A stretch of 64,000 nt of DNA from an uncultured delta proteobacterium (GTDB lineage Bacteria; Bdellovibrionota; FAC87; UBA2466). The notes below the pieces were generated by a model that was not told the DNA's origin, searched no databases, and was given only the letters and a program-made list of their open reading frames with translations. Numbering within the stretch: the stretch's first letter is position 1; every line of letters begins with the position of its first letter. The position numbers and the translations under genes were made by a program. The stretch lies in assembly GCA_963778115.1 (NCBI GenBank), contig CAVZSV010000001.1, positions 32,001 to 96,000 of the forward strand, in the 5' to 3' direction. Positions 56,165 through 64,000 of this stretch are shown piece by piece.

Positions 56165-57118
56165 TCAGCCGCCCGACTTTTTCCAGTCCCTATTCCATTT
56201 AAAGGGCACCATAATAGAGATCTGTGAATCAACCTTCACTACTCCGGGAAGCAAGCCAGAGCCACGATGGATTTCTTCCAGAGTTTTCTCCAAATCGACC
56301 AAATTCTGATACCCAAGCTGCGGAACCGACCACGGATCTGATATGACGGCGTGAGCGCCTAACAAAATGATATCGCGAGGCAGAAAAGAAAGTAGTTGTT
56401 CCGTCGTCTTAAGATAACTCCCCATATGCTCCGGCAACAAAGTCCCAGCATACAAGAAATCTCCCGTGAAGAGCTGATGACTTTGTGGATCGTAAAGCAT
56501 TATCGACTCTTCGGTATGGCCCGGAGTGCCTAGGACCTGTAGGGTTCGTCCTCCCAGATCAATGCCTTCGCCCGCTTTTAACCAGCGCTCGACTTTGAAA
56601 TGCGGCGGCTTCACTCTTTCAGCACGCCCCAGATGTTGTAGATCTTCGAACTTAAAATACCCATCGGGATCGATTTGCTGTCTTAACTTCGGCTGATCAA
56701 GCATCATAATGTGAGTGAACTTATCGTGATTTCCGACGTGATCGTAGTGAAGGTGGGAAGCGACTACAAGCACCGGAAGTTTAGTCAATTTCTCAACGAC
56801 CTCTTTGATATTTCTTACGCCCGGACCTGAGTCAAATAGGAGTGCCCTGTCATTCCCCAAGATCAAATAACTGACATTCTTCTGCCAATACCGTGGTTCA
56901 CCGATCGCAATCGTCTTAGCACCGATTGACTCCACGGCGAAATAATCTTCTACCCAGTATACTTCATTCTCTAAAGTGCCTTTCGCTCCGAGTTCAGGCT
57001 GCAGACCTACCACAAATAGGAGCTGAACGAGAAAGGTTCTTGGACTTGCCGCAAAAAGTGCCGCGGCCAGAAAAACGACAGCCAAAATGACTAAAATGAT
57101 AGCCTTGAAAATCTTCAT
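56165..57118 (-). CDS. Metallo-beta-lactamase-fold hydrolase
   Basis: 'SHLHYDHVG', 'TPGHT', 'LFTGD', 'GAH'; N-terminal membrane anchor. Confidence 0.88.
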   Translation of the reverse strand: MKIFKAIILVILAVVFLAAALFAASPRTFLVQLLFVVGLQPELGAKGTLENEVYWVEDYFAVESIGAKTIAIGEPRYWQKNVSYLILGNDRALLFDSGPGVRNIKEVVEKLTKLPVLVVASHLHYDHVGNHDKFTHIMMLDQPKLRQQIDPDGYFKFEDLQHLGRAERVKPPHFKVERWLKAGEGIDLGGRTLQVLGTPGHTEESIMLYDPQSHQLFTGDFLYAGTLLPEHMGSYLKTTEQLLSFLPRDIILLGAHAVISDPWSVPQLGYQNLVDLEKTLEEIHRGSGLLPGVVKVDSQISIMVPFKWNRDWKKSGG

Positions 57119-57170
57119 TCGAACTCACGTCCCACACCTTTACCACACGTGATTACAAATAGGATGAGTT

Positions 57171-58189
57171 TCAGCGATCTAAAACCATCAGAACCGCGGT
57201 GCCGGAGATCATCGTAGGATGTCTAGGATGCGTTTCGCCTTGTGGAGGGGGCTTAAACTGAGCTGCTATCGTATATAAGAGATGGGTCGAAGGATCTAAA
57301 GCCATCGTTCTTGCACTTTTTTGTGTCGCAATAGTATCTACGACAGAAAAGTTATCGGGAGAGTTTTCACGAATTACCGTTATCGTGCCTTCTCCATTTG
57401 AGCTAAAAGCCAATTGCGTCGTGGCGTCAAAAGCGGTTGCATCGACACCTTTTCCAATAGGAAGTGAAGAAACAACTTTGCCGCTTTCTGAATCCACGAT
57501 AACCATCCTCTCGTTGTGACATCCGCAAAAGAGCCGATGGTGTTCGACATCCAAAGAAAGTCCAGTGGGTTCTTCGCAAGATGTGAGTGGCCACTCGGAT
57601 AATTTTACGGACTTTATGGGATCGATCGCTACCAACACATTTTTGTCTTCAAGATTCACAAACACTTTCCCTGAGGGATCGGCTGCGGCAAACTCAGGCT
57701 TCCCCCCAACTCGACAGTCGCCGTGGCCTTTCCCGTGGCAGCGTCGACAATGGTTGCGTTTGCTGATTCGCCATTGAAACTGATAACCCTCTTCCCTACG
57801 GGTTGGTAGACGATGGCATCCGGTTTCTTTCCGGTTTTTACCGTCCCCAGAACTTTCAGAGTTTTTAGGTCGAATATCGTTACCGTATTGGATAGACCGT
57901 TGCTCGTGAATCCGCGCCCTAGCTCGGGTGCTAATGCAACGCCGTGCACGCCTTGAGTTGCTGGGATTTCACTTTCTTCCGTTCCTGATTCGAGATTAAT
58001 CACGGCCACCCGTGTCGCTCGGGTTATATAAAGCCGCTTCATCGCGGCATCCACCGTAAGGTAATCCCACCCGGTATCACCCTTGAGCTTTATGGTCTTA
58101 ACGAGGTGATATTTTCCGCCGTCTGCTCGAACCATCCCTGTTGTAATTATTGCCAACAACGCGACTATCCGAAAAAGCAATAGCGACAT
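57171..58189 (-). pseudogene. YncE/YVTN beta-propeller protein, frameshifted in a G6 run
   Basis: 'GWDYL.VD..RLYI', 'GVHGVA', 'KPDAI.Y'. Adding one G to the run at 57702-57707 restores 'LGGKPEFAAADPSGKVFVNLED'. Confidence 0.85.
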
Positions 58190-58228
58190 GTGAGATCCTC
58201 CCCGAGTAGGGTTATACTATCACGGACT

Positions 58229-58993
58229 ATGAGAGCCGTTTTTGCGATTCTAATTTGGGCGGTGGCGGTTATTTTTTCGCCGTGGGTTCTAGCTCAAGGA
58301 GGCCCTCCTCTTATTACCGATGATCCGGATCCGCCTGGAGGCGGCCACTGGGAAATAAATATCGCGTTGACGCTCAACGCAACCTCCGATGCTCAGACCT
58401 TCGAGCTGCCACACCTCGACGTGAACTACGGCTTGGGCGATAGCATTCAGCTCAAATGGGAGTCAGGCATTGCAATGATTACCCAACCCGGAACTACGGC
58501 GATGGCCGGATGGGAAGACAGCCTATTTGGAATAAAGTGGAGAATTATAAACGGGGGCGACAAGGGTATCTCGGTAGGGACCTATCCACAATTAGGGATT
58601 CGACTTCTTTCCTCTGACAATTCCGATATCTCAGGGCCGAAATCTTATTTCATGCTTCCGGTAGAAGTGAAAAAGGGATGGGGAAACTTTGCCGTGGACG
58701 GGGAAGTAGGGGCTGTGTTCGCCTCAGGAGCCACCAATGGCTGGATGTATGGAGCCTGCGCCGGTTACCAAATCACAAAAAGAATCGAACTTCTTACCGA
58801 AGTGCATGGTCAGGTAAACGGAACCGCGGGAGCTTCCCTTCTCTTTCCTCCTGGACTTATTGTTCAAGTTGGAGCGACCATCGGTTTCAATGATGCCATT
58901 GCTTTGATGGGTGCTGTAGGGCGCACGGTACTAGTTCCCGATGGGGAACCCATCACGACCTTAATGTATTCCGGAGTGAAACTGACTCTCTAG
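58229..58993 (+). CDS. Outer-membrane beta-barrel ('transporter'-type) protein
   Basis: Signal peptide; 'GPPLITDDP.PP..HWEIN..D.NYG..QL..G.KWR..YPQ'. Divergent from the YncE-like gene. Confidence 0.7.
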   Translation: MRAVFAILIWAVAVIFSPWVLAQGGPPLITDDPDPPGGGHWEINIALTLNATSDAQTFELPHLDVNYGLGDSIQLKWESGIAMITQPGTTAMAGWEDSLFGIKWRIINGGDKGISVGTYPQLGIRLLSSDNSDISGPKSYFMLPVEVKKGWGNFAVDGEVGAVFASGATNGWMYGACAGYQITKRIELLTEVHGQVNGTAGASLLFPPGLIVQVGATIGFNDAIALMGAVGRTVLVPDGEPITTLMYSGVKLTL

Positions 58994-59003
58994 GAGACTT
59001 TAG

Positions 59004-59342
59004 TCAGTCTTGTACCCACTTTTGAAGCCTCAAGATCGCGTCATTCCATTGGCTTGAAATCTGATCCAGATAGTTCTGCGCGCCCCTCAGACTACGCTTA
59101 TCCAACTCCCATATAGCCTTTCTCCCCTGACGATGGCTTCGAGCAAGGCCAGCCTCTTCCATCACCCGCAAGTGCTTGGTAATCGCTTGGCGTGAAACTT
59201 TCATGCCTTTCGCAAGCTCAGTGATGGATTTTGGCCCCTCATCGCAAAGACGAGCTACCAGTTTAAGCCTCGTACTATCGCCTAATGCCGCAAATACGCC
59301 AGCCGATCCCTCAAACTTGATGGCCTGTCTGGAATTTGGCAT
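59004..59342 (-). CDS. ArsR/SmtB-family HTH regulator
   Basis: 'VFAALGD.TRL.LV.RL..GP.SITEL..VSRQAITKHLRV.EEAGL..W...I.RL'. Confidence 0.9.
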   Translation of the reverse strand: MPNSRQAIKFEGSAGVFAALGDSTRLKLVARLCDEGPKSITELAKGMKVSRQAITKHLRVMEEAGLARSHRQGRKAIWELDKRSLRGAQNYLDQISSQWNDAILRLQKWVQD

Positions 59343-59343
59343 C

Positions 59344-59829
59344 TTATTGCTCCAGATATTTCTTGATAAGCTCGGTCTGCTTCTGCCAGCCACCGTCATT
59401 CGCTTTGAAGGCAGCAGCACGGCGGTGTAGGGGAATCTTATCGAAACCAGACTCCGTAATGGTCAAAAGAACGCCCTCTTTGTTTTTTGCTAGCTCAAAA
59501 GTGATGAGCGTCATGGGCTCCGAGGAATAATCGATTTTTTTATCGATCGCGAAAGGATGCCACTTGATGGCAAAAAGACTCTGCGGCTGGATTTTTTCTA
59601 CGTGAAAACTTACGGCAGTGCCCTCATAGGGCTTCTGCAGTGCGGCTACCTCTTTGTCGACGACTGTGGGGGCTATAACCCCTGTAATCGCCTGACCTGC
59701 GACAAACGGCCCCTCCAATCGCATTCCAAACCAAGTCCCGAACTCTTTCGAATCCGTGATGGCGCGCCACACGTGTTCCAAAGGAGCTTTCAATAATACC
59801 GTCTTAATAAGTTTATCGTTTGAACTCAT
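59344..59829 (-). CDS. SRPBCC/AHSA1 domain protein
   Basis: 'LKAP..VWRAITDSKEFG.WFG', 'WHP.A..DYS.EP.TL.TF.L..LLTITESGFD.IP..RR..AF..N.GGW'. Confidence 0.9.
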   Translation of the reverse strand: MSSNDKLIKTVLLKAPLEHVWRAITDSKEFGTWFGMRLEGPFVAGQAITGVIAPTVVDKEVAALQKPYEGTAVSFHVEKIQPQSLFAIKWHPFAIDKKIDYSSEPMTLITFELAKNKEGVLLTITESGFDKIPLHRRAAAFKANDGGWQKQTELIKKYLEQ

Positions 59830-59831
59830 AC

Positions 59832-59847
59832 GCAACCCATAGGTTGC
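59832..59847. promoter_or_regulatory. ArsR operator palindrome for the SRPBCC-ArsR operon
   Basis: GCAACC-CATA-GGTTGC immediately upstream of the SRPBCC start codon. Confidence 0.75.
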
Positions 59848-60078
59848 ATATTAACAATTTCAAAAATAGAAAGCAACCCGAACCATTAGAAATAAAATTT
59901 ACGCGAATTTCAGAAAGACAGATCGCCGATCGCGGCGATGGCGTTGTATCGACGATACTTTCGATAAAAATCTGGCAAATTAAATTGTGTTTAGATTTAT
60001 TTCTATTTTTTTTATTTGACCGCACTGCATTCGTAGATTAACTCCCCCGAGAACTCAAAAAATTAGGAGCTAGTACTG

Positions 60079-61146
60079 ATGGTAAATTTACTCGTGTGTT
60101 TCGTATTGTCTTTATTTTCTGCATCCGCGATGGCAACGGAAGGTCTTACTCCGGTCGAAGGAATGCAAAAAGATCTCTTTATCTATGCGTTTCCTGCTAA
60201 AGACGCTGAGGGACAGCTAGAAGGCTATGTCTATTCGCGTCGAGAATTGGATAACGTCTGGGTTGATGTGGGAGCGCAAGACCGACACGCAACCTCCGTA
60301 GTTGCGCCTAAAATGGACTACAAGGTCTTTACCTACAAAATTCCGGGAACCATTGATTCCAAGACAACCGAGCTCAAGCTACATAGTTATGACGTAGCTT
60401 CCAAAGCTTTGATCTTTGCGAATTTTACCGCCGAACCAAAAGACGACGGGATAAAGTTTGGATTAGTCTCGTACGAATACACCGACAAAAACCCACGCCA
60501 CGTGGGCTTCCGGGCGTTCTTAGTGGAAACTTCTCCGGGTTCTGGTGTTTTCCACGTCGATTTTATAACGCTGCTACCTTTGGGCTCGGTTTATGGCAAG
60601 ACGGACAAGACCTGGACGGGAACTCAAATACTGCACAATGACAGCAAGCTGGAAAAGATCTACCGACTGAGCCAAACCGTAAAGAATACGGAAGGTCTCA
60701 CCGTGGAAGTTCGCGCAAAAAAACTCGACCGTACGGGGTTTGTGCAAAAATTTGTGCTAAAAAAAGAGAACGACTCTGACAAATTTGATTTTGTTTTGGA
60801 TGGCACAAAGTCCCTTACGACCGCCGACGTAGCTAAACAGGAGCGCGAAGATGCCGAGTTACATGCTCTGGAAAACAGAAAGAAACTTTTCGGTGGCGCC
60901 CAATACAGCCCCCAAGAAGTTGCTCAAGCCCGTGCCGAGTATATGGCCGCCCGCGGTTGGATGGGATGCCATATTGGTTTTGACGGCAAACCCGTCTCTA
61001 TGCTCATGGGCATGGTCCCTACTTCCCAAGGAGGAATGTGGGAGGGCACTGGCTTTAACCGTCCCACCTGTAGCAATGGCAATACGCTTATTGCTGAAGG
61101 CAGATCCGGTGGATACATCGTACATTTTTACCGGCCCTGGAACTAA
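60079..61146 (+). CDS. Secreted hypothetical protein with short CAP/SCP-like C-terminal segment
   Basis: RBS AGGAG and a signal peptide. C-terminal 'AQARAEYMA..G.MG.H..WEG.G..C' resembles a reduced CAP fold. Confidence 0.55.
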   Translation: MVNLLVCFVLSLFSASAMATEGLTPVEGMQKDLFIYAFPAKDAEGQLEGYVYSRRELDNVWVDVGAQDRHATSVVAPKMDYKVFTYKIPGTIDSKTTELKLHSYDVASKALIFANFTAEPKDDGIKFGLVSYEYTDKNPRHVGFRAFLVETSPGSGVFHVDFITLLPLGSVYGKTDKTWTGTQILHNDSKLEKIYRLSQTVKNTEGLTVEVRAKKLDRTGFVQKFVLKKENDSDKFDFVLDGTKSLTTADVAKQEREDAELHALENRKKLFGGAQYSPQEVAQARAEYMAARGWMGCHIGFDGKPVSMLMGMVPTSQGGMWEGTGFNRPTCSNGNTLIAEGRSGGYIVHFYRPWN

Positions 61147-61161
61147 CGGTTCGTTGGCTTA

Positions 61162-61206
61162 AAAAAGGCAGTGCACTCTGGCCTCTCTAAAGTGCACTGC
61201 CTTTTT
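61162..61206 (+). terminator. Rho-independent (bidirectional) terminator
   Basis: AAAAAGGCAGTGCACT...AGTGCACTGCCTTTTT, 16-bp inverted repeat. Confidence 0.8.
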
Positions 61207-61286
61207 CTCATTCCTGCGTAGTGACTCTTTCGAAAGGGGCGTCTGACAGTGGACGATTTTTAAACTTAGTGCGAAACTAGGCCCTT

Positions 61287-62009
61287 ATGGGACGAATATT
61301 TGAAACTCGAAAAGCAACCATGTTTGCCCGTTGGGACCGTATGGCAAAAGCGTTTACGCGCGTTGCCAAAGAGATCGCCATCGCGGTAAAGGCCGCAGGT
61401 CCCCTTCCGGAAAATAACCCAGCTTTACGCCGAGCCCTCCAAAACGCCCGCGGCGTAAACATGCCCAAGGACAAGATCGAAAACGCCATCAAGCGCGCTA
61501 GCGGTCAGGCCGACGCCGATTACCAGACCCTTTTTTATGAAGGCTACGCCCCCCATGGAGTACCGGTAATTGTAGAGGCGGCAACCGATAATCCGGTGAG
61601 GACGGTGAGTAACGTAAGGCGGATATTTAAAACGTATGGCGGCAATCTTGGCGCCGGCGGCAGCGTGGCCTTCCTTTTTAAGCACATGGGGGTTTTTCGA
61701 CTCTTACCGGAAGGGCTTGATATCGAGGTCCTCGAATTCGAGCTGATCGATCACGGTCTTGAAGAGATGGGGGAATCCACCGGTGAAAAGGGCGAAAAGA
61801 TAATCATCGCTCGCTGCCTCTTTGAAAATTTCGGCCAGCTTCAAAGTGCTATTGAAGCCCGCAAGATAACCCCGCTTTCGTCGGGATCCGAATACGTCGC
61901 CGAAAACTTTGCGGAGCTCCCGAACGAACAAGCGACAGAAGTCTTGGAACTCATCGATGCCTTGGAGCAGGACGATGATGTTCAGCGGGTTTTTCATAAC
62001 TTGAAGTGA
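61287..62009 (+). CDS. yebC: YebC/PmpR-family protein
   Basis: 'MGR.FE.RK..', 'GP.PE.NP.LR', 'NMPKD.IE.AIKRA', 'YEGY.P.GV', 'TDN..RT..NVR', 'LE.DDDVQ.VFHN'. Confidence 0.93.
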   Translation: MGRIFETRKATMFARWDRMAKAFTRVAKEIAIAVKAAGPLPENNPALRRALQNARGVNMPKDKIENAIKRASGQADADYQTLFYEGYAPHGVPVIVEAATDNPVRTVSNVRRIFKTYGGNLGAGGSVAFLFKHMGVFRLLPEGLDIEVLEFELIDHGLEEMGESTGEKGEKIIIARCLFENFGQLQSAIEARKITPLSSGSEYVAENFAELPNEQATEVLELIDALEQDDDVQRVFHNLK

Positions 62010-62024
62010 TCTTCCGTCCCCTGC

Positions 62025-62747
62025 TTAGTCGGTGATCTTAATGGGCCTGTCTTTGGTATGGTATGAGGTTACAAAGTTTCCCCCGGCTGACGTCGCCTGC
62101 GAAAGGGGCGTTGTCTTTTCCAGAGTCAAAGTCATGGTCGTATCCCCTGGGGAAAGCGTTGAGAGATCGCTGGGTGTTAGCGTTACAAATTTGTCCCCCG
62201 GATTCGAAGCATAGAAAGAGGTCATCTTTGCTGGGTCTCTCGCGTCTGGGATCGTTAGAGTCACCTTTTGCCCTTGCTCAAGGGGTTTTCCTGCCCACGA
62301 AACGTGCACGGGCGAAGTCCGTTTTAATTCCGTCGGCGTCGAATTTGCGAACTCAATTTTTTCAATGACACCACTATTCTCGTACTTACGTCCCTTCGTG
62401 TCGGTAAAATAAAAAGTGTTTTTTTTCTTAAGCCCCACCCCGTCTCCCGAATAAAATGTTCCTAGCACATCATGTTCGCTAAGAGCATAGGAGTCGTGTG
62501 TGACTTCGCTCCCGCCATCAAGATGCAATGTCGTTGATCCAAAAATAAATTGTGCACGAACCGTTGTCTTATCCGTAGTTTCATCATAGGAAGCCGAATA
62601 CGACTGAACCACCCTATCCGGATTGGCATCCTTAGCGTTTTCAGTGGCACAGCAGGAGAGTAAGGTTGCGTAACCAACCGCCACAGTTAGACCCAGGACC
62701 AAATGCAACACCCGCGCTAGATTTCGATGATTGACTCTCATATCCAC
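62025..62747 (-). CDS. Putative lipoprotein
   Basis: Hydrophobic leader with lipobox-like 'LLSCC'; beta-rich mature part; RBS GAGGT. Confidence 0.65.
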   Translation of the reverse strand: MDMRVNHRNLARVLHLVLGLTVAVGYATLLSCCATENAKDANPDRVVQSYSASYDETTDKTTVRAQFIFGSTTLHLDGGSEVTHDSYALSEHDVLGTFYSGDGVGLKKKNTFYFTDTKGRKYENSGVIEKIEFANSTPTELKRTSPVHVSWAGKPLEQGQKVTLTIPDARDPAKMTSFYASNPGDKFVTLTPSDLSTLSPGDTTMTLTLEKTTPLSQATSAGGNFVTSYHTKDRPIKITD

Positions 62748-62801
62748 CTCTACGGGGAGGCAGTGTGCAATTTCTGTGCAAACCGGAAACCCGAGGCGAG
62801 C

Positions 62802-63266
62802 TTAGGGATAGAAATACAAAAGGGCCGGCTCAAGTTCGGCTTTAAACGGAAGCAATTCGCCGGTGTCGACACCGAACTCGGATTGCGTGGGCTTATTGGT
62901 AAATAGAATCCGAAGATCCCTAGGGGTGGAATGAGCCCGATAAGGAGCGGGCCCATCCAAAGAATCAAAAAAGGAGATCTGCTTCGAAGCTTTCCAATTT
63001 CCTTTATATACTCTCACCAGATGCCCGTAAAAATGGTGTACGCTAAGGATAGGCGGCTCGTGAGACTCCCATCTATCCTTGTCGATACTTACCAATAAGA
63101 TGTATTTGTACTGAGAAAAGAAGCCCCGCGTATTTTCCACCGTTTCTTTCGCCCACGGCTCGATTATCTTTTGAAGGTAAACGCTATCCGTCGGAACCGT
63201 GGATCCCATGGAGACCCGGGCGAAGAAAACGACAAGGGTGAACAGAAAAATTGGCATTTTTTTCAT
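62802..63266 (-). CDS. Secreted hypothetical protein
   Basis: Probable start MKKMPIF with a signal peptide. Confidence 0.5.
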   Translation of the reverse strand: MKKMPIFLFTLVVFFARVSMGSTVPTDSVYLQKIIEPWAKETVENTRGFFSQYKYILLVSIDKDRWESHEPPILSVHHFYGHLVRVYKGNWKASKQISFFDSLDGPAPYRAHSTPRDLRILFTNKPTQSEFGVDTGELLPFKAELEPALLYFYP

Positions 63267-63402
63267 CTGGTACTTAATCCTAATATTTGCCACTTACTAA
63301 ACTCAGTCTCGGTCTGTGTCTCAAATTGTGTTTTTCTCTTCACAATCAGTATTTAGATCAAGTTCTTGTGCTAGGTTATTATAAACACTCATTGGGGTAA
63401 AT

Positions 63403-64000
63403 ATGTACGTTAAAGGATACTCCCGTGCCGTCTTATATCTTTATTTTGCCCTTGGGGGACTTACGGCGTCTCTCGTTCTAACCGCGTCTCCATTCGAAGC
63501 CAGTCAAAGTGATAATGATAACTGGACCCCGGTGTATAAGGCAGTTCAGTTAAATAACCCATCCCACATTTTATTGACGAATAGTTGGGATGAATTATCC
63601 AACGCGGTCCAGAAATTTAATTACGGATCGTATGGACATTCCTTTTATGCGCGTAAAACCGCCATTCCAGGGAAAACGGTCGTAGTGAAGCGTTTCTTCC
63701 TAGAGGACAATGCGAGATTAGGAAGTGGCAGAGGCTTCTATTACACTTCCGATAGTGCTGAAATCGCAAATCTGACAAGTGCTCCGTGGTCCTTGAGTTC
63801 CTCCAGCGAATTTATTTTGTTCAGTCCGCTTTTGCCGCAGCCCCCTGGTACTCTCCCCCTTTATCGATATGTCAATTCATCGAAAGTACAGATCATCTCG
63901 ACGATCAAAAGTTCGCATATCGATGCTCAGAATCTTAGGTTATTAGGTTACGCTCCGTCGCACTTATATCGCGGAGTGAACATGGTGGTAAGCAATACCT
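63403..64000 (+). CDS. Secreted protein with DUF5648-like repeats (3' end outside window; absent from ORF track)
   Basis: Open frame from ATG 63403 to the window end. Signal-like leader, then repeats 'TPVYK..HILLT.S.DE', 'VVKRF..FYYTSD.AE', 'LPLYRY'. Confidence 0.6.
   Translation, partial: MYVKGYSRAVLYLYFALGGLTASLVLTASPFEASQSDNDNWTPVYKAVQLNNPSHILLTNSWDELSNAVQKFNYGSYGHSFYARKTAIPGKTVVVKRFFLEDNARLGSGRGFYYTSDSAEIANLTSAPWSLSSSSEFILFSPLLPQPPGTLPLYRYVNSSKVQIISTIKSSHIDAQNLRLLGYAPSHLYRGVNMVVSNT

Overview
Gene-dense bacterial chromosomal window of roughly average GC. It contains no rRNA, tRNA, CRISPR array, integrase or transposase that I can recognise. A Bd0055/HBb-type bacterial histone, divergent minor-pilin genes, an orphan mreB and many signal-peptide hypothetical proteins and hydrolases suggest a Bdellovibrionota/Oligoflexia-like organism (inference only). 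The most unusual element is a four-gene, same-strand DNA end-joining-like locus (about 17.85-22.24 kb) with no ku gene. Its LigD has intact phosphoesterase and polymerase domains, but its ligase module has lost the catalytic Lys and the OB domain. It is followed by an unknown helical protein with a possible Mu-Gam-like layout, a stand-alone minimal ATP-dependent ligase adenylation domain, and a DUF72 protein. Other notable items: a histone gene with its own RBS and terminator; a duplicated GTAACC-N18-GGTTAC operator next to an ABATE/CGNR regulator; a deletion that fused the 3' ends of two convergent genes (MFS and VOC); a PaiB-GNAT fusion; a GGT-family protein with a remodelled active site; an Mta/TipA-type MerR gene with a 19-bp-spacer promoter and an internal start; and several frameshifted genes. 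All calls come from motif recognition by eye; no database searches were run.
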